A stretch of 64,000 nucleotides of DNA from Vicinamibacterales bacterium (lineage in GTDB: Bacteria > Acidobacteriota > Vicinamibacteria > Vicinamibacterales > JAMQPK01): NCBI GenBank assembly GCA_963787755.1, contig CAWBEG010000001.1, positions 28,089 through 92,088 on the forward strand, written 5' to 3'. The position numbers and the translations under genes were made by a program. The notes beneath the pieces are model-generated. The model was not told the origin of the DNA. It worked only from the letters and a program-made list of their open reading frames with translations, and ran no database searches. Shown here in pieces: positions 1 through 9,839 of the stretch (the stretch's first letter is position 1; every line of letters starts with the position of its first letter).

Positions 1-209
1 CCTTTCCGGGCGGGCGCCCGTGGAACCTGTATGTCGGCGGCGGGCCGTCGATCAACTGGTACGACTTCGACAACGGAGAGCTCAGACACAGAAGGTGGCT
101 TCAACTTTCTGGCGGCGTGAAGGGTCGCAGCGGCCTGTTTTTCGAGGCGAAGATCGGCGTCGAAGGCAGCCCGGACTTCAAATTCGGCGTTGGGTACACC
201 TTCAGATAG
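1..209 (+). CDS. C-terminal part of an outer-membrane beta-barrel protein (partial, frameshifted)
   Basis: Manual translation gives WNLYVGGGPSINW...GFNF...FFEAKIG...PDFKFGVGYTFR*, i.e. alternating aromatic beta-strands and a barrel-type C-terminus; TAG at 207-209. Confidence 0.6.
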   Translation, partial: FPGGRPWNLYVGGGPSINWYDFDNGELRHRRWLQLSGGVKGRSGLFFEAKIGVEGSPDFKFGVGYTFR

Positions 210-232
210 GATCGCAGGGCGGACCCTGCGTC

Positions 233-2056
233 TTGACCAACTCAGCACCAAGTGAATATCGCGAACGGCGGGCGGCGCGCGCAACGGAACATGCGCGCCT
301 CGCCCGCCTCGACGCGCGCGTCAGCTACGCGCGTCTTGCCGCGGTTGCCGCGTTCGCACTGACCGCCTGGCTCGTGCTCGGCCCCGGCGTCACGGCTTGG
401 TTATTCGCCGTGCCCGTTTTTGCCTTCGGCGCGTTGGCTGTGTGGCACGACCGCGTCCTTCGCGCTCTCGATCGCGCCGCTCGTGCGGTGACGTTCTACG
501 AACACGGCCTCGCGCGTCTCGAAGACAGATGGCACGGTATCGGCGAGCCAGGCACCCGCTTTCTCAGCGACGATCACTTATATGCCGGCGATCTCGATGT
601 GTTCGGTCCCGCCTCGTTGTTTCAATTGCTCTCGCGCGCCCGCACGCACCTCGGCGAAGAGCGGCTCGCACGATGGTTGAGCGCTCCGGCCGACGTCACC
701 ACCGTGCGTCAGCGGCAGGCGTCCATCATGGAGCTGCGCGAAGCGCTGGATTTTCGCGAAGCGCTCGCGACAGCCGGCGGAGCGTCGCGCGACATCGATA
801 CGGTCGCACTCAGCGCCTGGGCGTCGGCGCCGGCGGCGCCCGAAAGCATCTGGCTCCGCTCGGCAGCAGTCGTCCTCGCGGCCGGCATCATCGGCGGCGT
901 GGTGTGGTGGGTGCAGGGAGGCCCGGCGACTCCGCTGCTGGTCGTCATCCTTCTCAAGATGATCCTGACGCGATCGTCGCGCACACGTGTCTCGCGCATC
1001 GTCCGCGGCGTCGAGCGGCCGCTCGGACAGCTCGACATCCTCGCCGACACGCTCTCCCTCATCGAGCGCTCCGCCTTGCGCAGCCCGCGCCTCACGGAGA
1101 TACGCGCCGGGATGATGAGTCACGGCGTCGTGCCATCCGAAGCGATCCGCCGTCTCAAGCGGCTCGCCGACATGCTCGACTGGCGGCGCAACGCATTTTT
1201 CGCGCCCATTGCAGCCGCCCTGTCCTGGGCGCTGCACCTTGCGTCGGCGATCGAGAGCTGGCGGCGCGAATTCGGACCTAAGGTCATCGCATGGCTTTCC
1301 GCGGTGGCCGAGTACGAGGCGCTCAGCTCGTTGGCCGCATACGCCTACGAGCATGCCGACGACCCGTTTCCCATCCTCGTCGAAGATGGAGGGCCGGCGC
1401 GATTCGAAGGCGCGAGCCTCGGACATCCGCTCGTGCCGGCCGGGCGCATGGTGCGAAACGACGTCTTCCTGACGCCACAAACACGACTCCTGATTGTGAG
1501 CGGCTCGAACATGTCTGGCAAAAGCACGCTGCTGCGTACCGTGGGTGTCAATGTCGTGCTTGCGATGGCCGGCGCACCGGTGCGCGCCGCCACGCTCACG
1601 CTGACACCCCTCGCCGTGGGCGCGACGCTCCACGTGCACGACTCGCTGCAGGCAGGCCGCTCGCGATTCTTTGCAGAGATTTCCCGCATCCGCAGCGTCG
1701 CCGATCTCGCCGGACCGCTGCCAGTGCCGTCATCGACCGGGCTGCTGTTCCTGCTCGACGAGCTCTTCCAGGGAACCAACTCTCACGACCGGAAAATTGG
1801 TGCCGAGGCGCTGCTCCTCAACCTGATCGATCGCGGAGCCATCGGCCTGACAACGACGCACGATCTCGCGCTGACGGCGATCGCCGATCAGTCAGGCGGC
1901 CGTGCGGTGAATGTGCACTTCGAAGATGAGCTGCGGGATGGGGAACTGATTTTTGACTACAGGATGAAGCCCGGACCGGTGACCCACAGCAATGCGCTCG
2001 CCCTCATGAAAGCGGTGGGTCTGCCTGTGGCCACCATTGATAGATTGGAAGATTGA
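233..2056 (+). CDS. MutS domain V family ATPase with N-terminal membrane helices
   Basis: Walker A SGSNMSGKST, LLDELFQGTNS, TTHDL, HFED, DYRMKPG; two hydrophobic segments. Start moved downstream of the ORF-track start (20), which overlaps the upstream gene. Confidence 0.85.
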   Translation: MTNSAPSEYRERRAARATEHARLARLDARVSYARLAAVAAFALTAWLVLGPGVTAWLFAVPVFAFGALAVWHDRVLRALDRAARAVTFYEHGLARLEDRWHGIGEPGTRFLSDDHLYAGDLDVFGPASLFQLLSRARTHLGEERLARWLSAPADVTTVRQRQASIMELREALDFREALATAGGASRDIDTVALSAWASAPAAPESIWLRSAAVVLAAGIIGGVVWWVQGGPATPLLVVILLKMILTRSSRTRVSRIVRGVERPLGQLDILADTLSLIERSALRSPRLTEIRAGMMSHGVVPSEAIRRLKRLADMLDWRRNAFFAPIAAALSWALHLASAIESWRREFGPKVIAWLSAVAEYEALSSLAAYAYEHADDPFPILVEDGGPARFEGASLGHPLVPAGRMVRNDVFLTPQTRLLIVSGSNMSGKSTLLRTVGVNVVLAMAGAPVRAATLTLTPLAVGATLHVHDSLQAGRSRFFAEISRIRSVADLAGPLPVPSSTGLLFLLDELFQGTNSHDRKIGAEALLLNLIDRGAIGLTTTHDLALTAIADQSGGRAVNVHFEDELRDGELIFDYRMKPGPVTHSNALALMKAVGLPVATIDRLED

Positions 2057-2122
2057 TAGATTGGAAGACTTCAATATCACTGTCTTCCCATCTCACAATC
2101 TTCCAATCTACCAATCTACCAA
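2036..2122. repeat. Inverted arrays of 8-nt tandem repeats between convergent genes
   Basis: gattgata-gattggaa x2 facing caatcttc-caatctac-caatctac. Confidence 0.7.
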
Positions 2123-2785
2123 TTCCTGCGGGCCGACTTCCCGCGCGGACGCCACACCGTTCCGAAGTCCGAGGTTTCGCACGTCGGGAACGCTCTCGCT
2201 GACCGTCACGCAGCGTGCATTGCGGGACGAGCCTTCACACAGTTCCCAGGTCCCGCCATAGACCTGGACGCTGCGGGCGCTATCGCCTCCGAGGTTGGTC
2301 GCGCTGTTCAGCACATTTCGTGCGTCGCCGCGGAAATTCGGGCGATCGAACAGCACCAGCCGCGACTGGCGGTTGTTGGCGTTGGCTCGCGAATTGCCCC
2401 ACATCCCGCCGCGGTTGCTGTTGCCACGCGCGAACCCGACGGCGCGCATCGAAGAAATGCGATCGTTCCAGCCCTCGGACCGGAGATCGTCGATCGTGCC
2501 TTGGAACACGCGGCATCCGCCGCCGAAGTTGACGTCACGGCACACTTCCCACGCCTGGTTGCCGTCGACCTCGAGGCTGCTGATCCGATCGTTCAGTCCT
2601 TCCTCCCGCAGGTCGCGCACCTCGTTGCGGAAGGTAAAGCTGTCGCCGCGAAAATTCGGATCCTCGTACACCGTGATACCGCTGTATCCGTTATATCCGC
2701 CATTGCCCCTCCCGCGCTGCGCGGACGCATCGAGCGAAAACGCCGAAACCGCCAGAGCGAGGGCCAGTGCAAACCGCAGAGTCAT
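2108..2785 (-). CDS. Secreted beta/gamma-crystallin domain protein
   Basis: Signal peptide MTLRFALALALA; repeated Greek-key motifs YEDPNFRG...NDRISS, WEVC.D.NF.G.C, FDRPNFRG. Confidence 0.85.
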   Translation of the reverse strand: MTLRFALALALAVSAFSLDASAQRGRGNGGYNGYSGITVYEDPNFRGDSFTFRNEVRDLREEGLNDRISSLEVDGNQAWEVCRDVNFGGGCRVFQGTIDDLRSEGWNDRISSMRAVGFARGNSNRGGMWGNSRANANNRQSRLVLFDRPNFRGDARNVLNSATNLGGDSARSVQVYGGTWELCEGSSRNARCVTVSESVPDVRNLGLRNGVASAREVGPQELVDW

Positions 2786-2981
2786 ACGCACCTCCGAAAC
2801 GGCGTAGTGCAACCGCCGTGCCGTTGAAATTCCTAATAAAAACGGGCAATTTCGAAAAGTATGACGTCGCTGTCCGCGCTCAAGGACAGCACCTGCGTTA
2901 CCGGAATTGGAACAGGAGATCAGGAGTTCAGGAGGCGTGTCTCAACATTTTTGAAAATCAGCGAAGTGGGACTCGAGAGGA

Positions 2982-4384
2982 CTACCGCTCGATCATTTCA
3001 ATCGCCGTGTCGGTCTGGAGCGCGAAGCGGCCCCGGCCAGTTGAGACGATCTGTACGTCCGGGCATTTTTCCTGAAGGCGATGGCGCAGCAGGATGAGGC
3101 GGCTCTCGAAGTTGTCCTTCACCGGCGGCAAGCCGAGCGATTCGTCCAGCCGCACTTCGCGGTTCGTGAATTCCGTGCGCCCCGTGCGCTGCGATTCGTC
3201 GAGCAGCTTCCACAGAATACGCGCCGGGATGTTGCGGATCAGATATTCGCCGTCGACGAAGATCGCGTCGTCCTTCCTGTAATAGGTCAGCGTGCGTTTC
3301 TTCTTCGCAGGGTTTACCACTTGCCCCTGCCCCTCACCCCTCGCCCCTCACCCCTTACCCCTTTCGATGGCCGCGCCGGCGAAGCGTCGGCGTCCGTGTC
3401 AAGAGTCGTCATCCGATCGATGCCCAGCGCGATCTGGTTGCCGATAATCTGCAGATACGCCTCGTGCCATTCACCAAAGCGCATCGGATCGCGATCTTCG
3501 GCCGACAGCACGCCGACAAGGCGATCGCCGACCGTCAGCGGAATGGCCAGGGTGCTTTTCGCGTCGGCCAGTCCTGGGAGCGGGATGTCCGCGCACGCGT
3601 CCTCGCTGGCGGCCTCGCGGCGAATCGCGCGCCCATAGGCGAGGTCCGCATCGAAGCTGCTGAAGCGCAGCACCTGGCGATCTCGCGCGGCGGTGCCGAT
3701 CACCCCCTCGCCGAGCCGCACCTCCGCGCCGATGCCGCTCTCGCCGTAGCCGCGGCTCGCGAGCGTCACGAGCTTCCCGCAGGGCTCGTCGTACAGCAGC
3801 ACGCTCGTGTGCCTGAACGTAAAATATTCCTCGAGCGCCTCGAGCGCCGCATGCAGCAGCGTCTCGAGATCGCGCGCACGGTTGATGCGCTCCGACACCC
3901 ATTGCAGCCCACGCACCTCCGAGCGGTGCCCTGCAAGCGACGGGGCCTCCGATGCGACCTCGGGGCGACCGGCGACGAGAAACCCTTCCACTCTTTCCAG
4001 CGACTGCACTTCGAACACGTCCGCCGCAATCAAACGGAAAATGCCTTTCATGCCTGTCGCCGACGCGATGGCCTCTATGCGCGCCGACATCGTGTCGAAC
4101 AGCGGCCCCTGATTCTCCGACCGCAGGAATTTCAACCTGATTCGGTACGCCTGAAGGGTAAGCGGATCGACCATCTCCACGCACGCGCGCGGGTTCTCGT
4201 CGAGATTGCGGCGCGTCTTGTTGAAGAACTGGCACGACAACGCAACGTGTCGCTCGTCAAGGTAATAGACCTGGCTGACGTACGTGATGTTCGGTACGCC
4301 GCGTCCATCCACCGTGGCGATGAGGCTGGGCGTGACTCCCTGAAAGCAGCTCGAAAGGTCCGATAACTTCACGGGTGCGGTCAT
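2982..4384 (-). CDS. PNPOx-like (FMN split barrel) + GAF + C-terminal winged-HTH regulator, split by a 1-nt frameshift near 3325
   Basis: N-term [21 protein letters not shown]...[12 protein letters not shown]; GAF with GEGVIG and [15 protein letters not shown]; ORF 2982-3320 continues in frame if one base is added to a 6-nt unit within a 7-nt repeat. Confidence 0.8.
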
Positions 4385-4836
4385 CGCAGACGGGTGCCGG
4401 CCTTCGGTCCAGGTGATTGTTCGTAGATTTCTTCGACCCGCATCTCGAGCGCGAAGGCAGGCCAATGCGTAATCGACCGCGTCACGCGCAACGGATAGCC
4501 GATGGTGTTGAGCACGCCGCCGAAGCCCGCGAAGTGCTCGACGATGAACGGTTCCTCGTCATCGCGTGCGGGACGGGTGCGCTCGACGACACCTTTCAAC
4601 TGCGTCGCGCAATGCGAGATGGGGTGTGTCGTGACGATCGCCAGCCGTTCGGTGACGGCGACATTCGCCATCGTGTCGGTGCTCGTGGCCACCGGCACGA
4701 ACACCGTCACCGTCGCGAGGTCGTCGTCAGACCTCAATCCGACGGCGCGGCAACACGACGGATTCCCCGCCGCGTCCACCGACCCGACGATGACCGAGAC
4801 GCCAGGTTCCACGCATTTGCGAAGACGTTCGTTCAT
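4381..4836 (-). CDS. Pyridoxamine 5'-phosphate oxidase-like FMN-binding protein
   Basis: VGSVDAAGNPSCCRAVG, QLKG, VEEIYEQSPGPKAG; ATGA overlap with the downstream GAF gene. Confidence 0.75.
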   Translation of the reverse strand: MNERLRKCVEPGVSVIVGSVDAAGNPSCCRAVGLRSDDDLATVTVFVPVATSTDTMANVAVTERLAIVTTHPISHCATQLKGVVERTRPARDDEEPFIVEHFAGFGGVLNTIGYPLRVTRSITHWPAFALEMRVEEIYEQSPGPKAGTRLR

Positions 4837-4858
4837 GAATCCCGGTGATTATGAACCA

Positions 4859-4928
4859 TTTAGGAAGTTTTTAGGATCGCGCGGACAGCTTAGGAAAGTT
4901 TTCAGATGTCTCTAGGGAAGTCTTAGCA
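4859..4928. promoter_or_regulatory. Putative operator array of TTAGG-like half-sites at 11-bp spacing
   Basis: ttagg 4860 and 4871; ttagg 4890, ttcag 4901, ctagg 4912, ttagc 4923, in a divergent promoter. Confidence 0.55.
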
Positions 4929-4962
4929 ACGCGCCTTCGCGCGACTCTGTAAATTCCTGCAT

Positions 4963-5541
4963 ATGAAAAACACATTCATCGCCGCAACCGCCGTCTTCTT
5001 TGTCGCCGCCGCAGGATTCGTCACGCTCTCCACCAGTCAGACACAACCTCAGGATCCTGCGCCTTCACACGCCGCGAAGGTGCAACGGGGCGAGTACCTC
5101 GTGAAAATCATGGGCTGCAACGATTGCCACACGCCGTGGAAGATGGGGCCGCAGGGCCCCGAGCCCGACATGGACCGTTTCCTCTCGGGGCACCCTGAGC
5201 AGATCGGACCGCTGCCGAACGTGAAGGCCGCCGAGCCGTTCCTCTGGTCGGGCTTCCCCACCAACACCGCGTTCAGCGGACCGTGGGGTGTGAGCTACGC
5301 GTTCAACCTGACGCCCGAGCAGAACACGGGGCTCGGCATCTGGACCGAGGAGATGTTCGTGCAGACGATTCGCACGGGCAGGCACATGGGCGTGTCGCGT
5401 CCCATCAACCCGCCGATGCCGTGGCCGGCGTATCGGAACGCAACGGACGACGATCTGAAAGCGGTCTACGCGTATCTGCGGACGATCAAGCCGATCGTCA
5501 ACCACGTGCCTGAGTACAAGGCGCCGGGCGATTCCAACTAG
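4963..5541 (+). CDS. Periplasmic c-type cytochrome
   Basis: Signal peptide; RGEYLV..GCNDCHTP; NLTP..TGLG.WT; PPMPW. Confidence 0.9.
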   Translation: MKNTFIAATAVFFVAAAGFVTLSTSQTQPQDPAPSHAAKVQRGEYLVKIMGCNDCHTPWKMGPQGPEPDMDRFLSGHPEQIGPLPNVKAAEPFLWSGFPTNTAFSGPWGVSYAFNLTPEQNTGLGIWTEEMFVQTIRTGRHMGVSRPINPPMPWPAYRNATDDDLKAVYAYLRTIKPIVNHVPEYKAPGDSN

Positions 5542-5680
5542 CGGTTACGGGTTCCTGTTCCGAACTATCAGCCACGCGCTTGCGAGATGCTGATGCGTCA
5601 GAGGGTCTGACGCAGGCCTTACTGCTTCTTGCGATTTGTGCTTGGACCCCTAATCCCAAGTCCCCAATCCCTGTTTTCAG

Positions 5681-6997
5681 CTAGTCCTTGAACGGATCGA
5701 ACGTATCAGCACCGGCCATCGCCACGCCGATAGGCCGCAACGTGTGCAGGACTTTGATCGTGTCGCCGTGATGCGCGAGCACATCAGGAAGATGCTTGTA
5801 GCATTCAGGCGCTTCGTCGGCTCCGGCTCCGCGCAACTCAACGCCTTGCGCTTTGAGCTTCGCTTGCCAGTTTGGCCAATTCACGACGCCATCCCTGACG
5901 CGATCTTCCTTGGTCTGCCGGTGCATCTTCGACTGACACAGTGGACACTTCGGATTGCCGCCGTCAACGCCGCGTTCAGTCTGAATTGGCAGCGTGCCGT
6001 TGCAGTCGCGTTGTCCGCAGCCCCAAATAGTGCGCCGTTTCACCTTGCCGGCTGCTTGAGTCCGACTCATTACGCGGCCCGCTCCGTGGACGGTCGAGTA
6101 CAACGCCGCCGCAGACTCGGGCGAATCCACGCCCTCGACGATCACAGCGTCGTCGCCCATCGTCCCGCCGATGAATCCACGCTGACCGGGGAACGCTGGC
6201 GTAGCGCCCTTCCGAATGACGATGAACGATTCGCCGCCGTGCGTTTCTTCCCATGCGAAGTTGTGGTGGTTGTGGACACGCAGCGTGTCCGACGCACCCA
6301 GGATCGTCAGCACGCGATCAACGACCCAATTCCTGCCCGCATAGGCATACTCGCCCGCAATCTTCATCGCCGCGAGATAGTCCTGACCGAGTGGCGACTG
6401 GAGCGACAACAACATCGGGGGATCGTCCATGCCGCCCTCGCTGGTGTGTTCATCAAAGGCCTTGCCAGCCGCGAGCGAGAGAAACCCTGTGCACGTCTTG
6501 TGACCGAGGCCGCGAGAGCCGAAATGCACACCAATCCACAGACGCCCATCGGCTCGATCTTCGAATAAATCGACGTAATGATTGCCGCTACCGACCGTAC
6601 CGAGCTGGTTGCGCGCCGACTGCAGGAGCCTTCGCTGTCCCGCAACCGGACTGTTCGCGATCAGGTCGTAGACCGGATGGGCATCGATGCGCTCGTCATT
6701 GTTCCGGCCCATGCCGAAGGAAATCACCTGCCAGATCTCATCCATCAGCCGCGACACCTCCAAGCGGAGATCGGGCACGTGGATGTTCGTCCGCACCGCG
6801 CAGTTCCCGCACGCGATGTCATAGCCGACACCAGCAGGAATAACCGAATCCTTCAGCGCGATCACGCCGCCAATCGGCATCGAGTAGCCGGGATGGTGAT
6901 CCGCACACAACACGGCTGGCGCGGCCTCACCGCTGGCCGTGATGCAGTTGTCGAGTTGCTGGCGCGAACGCTCATCCGTCGGACCAAACACCTTCAT
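5681..6997 (-). CDS. rtcB: RtcB family RNA ligase with a four-Cys insertion
   Basis: ADHH, GYDIACG, GSGNHY, HFGSRG, NHHN, RKGATPA, HGAGR, DEAP.CYK motifs. Confidence 0.95.
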   Translation of the reverse strand: MKVFGPTDERSRQQLDNCITASGEAAPAVLCADHHPGYSMPIGGVIALKDSVIPAGVGYDIACGNCAVRTNIHVPDLRLEVSRLMDEIWQVISFGMGRNNDERIDAHPVYDLIANSPVAGQRRLLQSARNQLGTVGSGNHYVDLFEDRADGRLWIGVHFGSRGLGHKTCTGFLSLAAGKAFDEHTSEGGMDDPPMLLSLQSPLGQDYLAAMKIAGEYAYAGRNWVVDRVLTILGASDTLRVHNHHNFAWEETHGGESFIVIRKGATPAFPGQRGFIGGTMGDDAVIVEGVDSPESAAALYSTVHGAGRVMSRTQAAGKVKRRTIWGCGQRDCNGTLPIQTERGVDGGNPKCPLCQSKMHRQTKEDRVRDGVVNWPNWQAKLKAQGVELRGAGADEAPECYKHLPDVLAHHGDTIKVLHTLRPIGVAMAGADTFDPFKD

Positions 6998-7009
6998 CGC
7001 ATCTCCCTT

Positions 7010-7849
7010 TCAGTAATTCGTCGTCCGATCGATCAGCCCGCGCTCGCGTGCAATGAGGTCGCAGCGGCGGAATATCGCCGCCGCCATGACTCCCATCGCA
7101 GCCGTCATCGCCACGACCAGAACGACCAGCTCTCCATCGCCGATACCCGCCAGCGACGGATACTGATGAGCGACGCGGGCGAGGAGCGCGCGCCGCACCA
7201 GCTCGAGCCAGTAGGTGACCGGCATCAGGTAGCCGACCGGCCGCAGCCACGCCGGCAGCGCATCGAGTGGAAACACCGCGCCGCAGAAGAGAAACAATGC
7301 GCCGGCGACGGCCTCTCCTACCAGCCACGATCCATGGGCGATGGTCAGCACGACGCTCGCGAGCGCCAGCCCCATCATGGCGAGCATCGCGACACCGATG
7401 CCGAGCGCCACGATGAACAGCACCCACCGCACCTCACCCAGGTTCAGCTGCAGGTGCAGGAACGCCATGCCGGCGCCGATCGTCACCAGAACCGACAACG
7501 ACGTCGTCAGAAACCGCGCGAAGCCGCGGCCGATCAGGTACATCGGAATGCTGACCGGCGCGACGTACATCGACTTGAGCGTTCTGAAGCGCTCGCGATC
7601 GTCAACGACGCACTGCGCCATACCCGCCATGATGGCGCCGACGTACATGTAAAACGCGTTGCCGATATACATGTACGAGAACGCCGTCGACGCGAAATTC
7701 CCCTGCGTCACCATGCCGAACATGACGACGAGGATGGCCGCCGACGTGAGCGGCTTGATGATCGAATAGAGCGCGAACAGGGCAGGCGACGCCCAGTTCG
7801 ATTCAATTTGCCACCCGAGCCACGCCGCGGTGCGCAACGATGTCCACAT
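7010..7849 (-). CDS. ABC-2 type exporter permease
   Basis: About six TM segments; FCGAVFPLDALP.WL...P.TYWLE. Confidence 0.9.
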   Translation of the reverse strand: MWTSLRTAAWLGWQIESNWASPALFALYSIIKPLTSAAILVVMFGMVTQGNFASTAFSYMYIGNAFYMYVGAIMAGMAQCVVDDRERFRTLKSMYVAPVSIPMYLIGRGFARFLTTSLSVLVTIGAGMAFLHLQLNLGEVRWVLFIVALGIGVAMLAMMGLALASVVLTIAHGSWLVGEAVAGALFLFCGAVFPLDALPAWLRPVGYLMPVTYWLELVRRALLARVAHQYPSLAGIGDGELVVLVVAMTAAMGVMAAAIFRRCDLIARERGLIDRTTNY

Positions 7850-7901
7850 ATTTCCTCAATACTTGCGGTTCTAGGTCCTAGGTTCTGTGGTTCTGTATCC
7901 G

Positions 7902-8750
7902 TTACGCCCTGGCTTCTGTAAGCCGTCCTTCGGCAATTGCCAACCGTTCCAGCCGCTGCAGTAACATCCGCGCTGCAATCAGGAACAGCACGCACAGACC
8001 GGCCAGCACGGCGATCTCGGTCCGCACGTCGAGAAAACCAAGCTCCGCGCCGGATGCGAACGACAACTGGCGAATCGCGTCGAGCGCCAGCGTCAGCGGA
8101 ATAATCGACGCCCCTGCGGCGACCCAGAAGTTGAAGCTGCGAATCGGGAAAAACGTACCCGACAGCAGAAACACCGGCTCCTGCGCCAGATTCACAAGAT
8201 GCCAACCCTCGCGGCCGAGCATCAGGAACATCGAAGCGAACATCATCCCCATCCCGTAGAGCGCAACAAGCGCCAGCGCGAACACCGCCGCCAGCAGCGG
8301 AACGCTCTCAACCGCGAAGTGCACATCGAACAGCAGGCTGCCGATCACGAGGATGCTGACCGCGCGCACCGTTGTCGTGAACATGCCGCCGAGCGCCATG
8401 CCCAGCAGTACGGCCATCATCGAGTTCGGAGCCATGATGTAGAGCGCGAGGTTGCCCGTCTCTTTCTCCCAGAAGAGCTGGTTCCCCATCGACCACAGCA
8501 CGTTCATCCAATACGCGCTCATCGCGCCGCCGATAATCACGAACCCGATGAGATCGGCCGGCGCGTTGTTCGCGCGATAGATGAACACGTACGCGCAGAG
8601 ACCGATCAGCGGCAGCACGATATCGAACACGAGCCACCACTTCTCCCTGACGTTCATGATGAGGCGCGGATACGCGCGCGCCGCCACCGTGCGCGCGAAG
8701 AGGCGCCATCCGGACGCTCGACTTTCGACTCTGGACAATGGACTATTCAT
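7902..8750 (-). CDS. ABC-2 type exporter permease
   Basis: EKETGNL, LSGTFFPI, PLTLALDAIRQ. Confidence 0.9.
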   Translation of the reverse strand: MNSPLSRVESRASGWRLFARTVAARAYPRLIMNVREKWWLVFDIVLPLIGLCAYVFIYRANNAPADLIGFVIIGGAMSAYWMNVLWSMGNQLFWEKETGNLALYIMAPNSMMAVLLGMALGGMFTTTVRAVSILVIGSLLFDVHFAVESVPLLAAVFALALVALYGMGMMFASMFLMLGREGWHLVNLAQEPVFLLSGTFFPIRSFNFWVAAGASIIPLTLALDAIRQLSFASGAELGFLDVRTEIAVLAGLCVLFLIAARMLLQRLERLAIAEGRLTEARA

Positions 8751-9744
8751 GCTCGACCTCTTCCATACTCCGTCCCACGAGATCGACGAACACGTCCTCG
8801 AGCGTCGGCTCGCGCTTCGTCAGGGTGACCAGGCCGATCTGTCTGGACTCGAGCAACCCGATCACGGGACCGAGCACGCGCTCCTCCTGCAGGATGAGCT
8901 CCACCGTTGAACCTCCGTCCTTGATGCGATGCGTGGCCTTCTGCACGCCTGCGAGCGAAGCGAGCGCCGACACATCACCGTCTCCAAGCGCCGTCGTCTC
9001 GAGGTGGAAGATCGGCTCCCGCTGCAGCTTCCGCTTCAACGCCGACGGCGTATCGCACGCGAGCACGCGGCCGGCGTTGATAATCGCGACGCGATCGCAC
9101 AGCTCATCGGCCTCGACCATGTAATGCGTCGTCAGCAGCACCGTCCGCCTGGCGTCTTCGTCGACCCAGCGCCGGATGTACTGCCGCGCGTCGCGCGACG
9201 CCTCGACGTCCAGCCCGAGCGTAGGCTCGTCGAGAAACAACACTCTTGGATCGGTGAGGAATCCGCGGGCGATATTCATCTTCTGTCTCAGCCCGGTCGA
9301 CAGCTGCGACGATTTGGTGTGCAGCCGATCGGCCATCTTGACGATGTCGAGCAGCTCGACAATGCGCCTGTTCGCGTCGGCAGAGCTCAGCCCGTAGAAC
9401 TGCGCGAACATCCACAGGTTTTCGCGCACGGTCAACAAGCCGTACCCCGACGCCTCGCCCCCCGACACCATGTTGATGCAGGGGCGCACGAATTGCGGCT
9501 CGTGGCGCACGTCGTAGCCTTCGACCGCCGCCCAGCCGGACGAGGGTGCGAGCAGCGTCGTGAGGATCTTGATCAGCGTCGTCTTGCCGGCGCCGTTGGG
9601 GCCGAGCAAGCCGAAGAGCTCCCCTCGCGACACGGTCAGCGTGACGTCGCTCAGCGCGATGCGCTCCTTTGACTCCTCCTTGTTGTTCTTCCGGGGTTTG
9701 TAGATCCGCCCCAGCCGCTCCGTCTCAATCGCCAGTGCCTGCAT
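8743..9744 (-). CDS. ABC exporter ATP-binding protein (DrrA-like)
   Basis: GPNGAGKTT, LSTGLRQK, LDEPTLGLD, TTHYM; start placed at MQALAIE because the longer ORF runs into the terminator. Confidence 0.92.
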   Translation of the reverse strand: MQALAIETERLGRIYKPRKNNKEESKERIALSDVTLTVSRGELFGLLGPNGAGKTTLIKILTTLLAPSSGWAAVEGYDVRHEPQFVRPCINMVSGGEASGYGLLTVRENLWMFAQFYGLSSADANRRIVELLDIVKMADRLHTKSSQLSTGLRQKMNIARGFLTDPRVLFLDEPTLGLDVEASRDARQYIRRWVDEDARRTVLLTTHYMVEADELCDRVAIINAGRVLACDTPSALKRKLQREPIFHLETTALGDGDVSALASLAGVQKATHRIKDGGSTVELILQEERVLGPVIGLLESRQIGLVTLTKREPTLEDVFVDLVGRSMEEVEHE

Positions 9745-9774
9745 GGGTGCCTCGTACGTAAACTTCGCCGGACC

Positions 9775-9811
9775 AAAAAAAAAGGCCATCACCTCGCGGG
9801 TGATGGCCTTT
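9775..9811 (-). terminator. Intrinsic terminator/attenuator upstream of the ABC-rtcB operon
   Basis: Minus strand AAAGGCCATCACC-CGCGA-GGTGATGGCCTTT followed by a U-run (9 U in total). Confidence 0.9.
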
Positions 9812-9839
9812 GGAAAAAGGGCTCTTGGGTCTGGCTACA

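Noticed and set aside
3320-3365. Phase variation of the GAF regulator through the heptamer repeat
   Set aside because: The units are degenerate, and one missing base in a single unit explains the frame break
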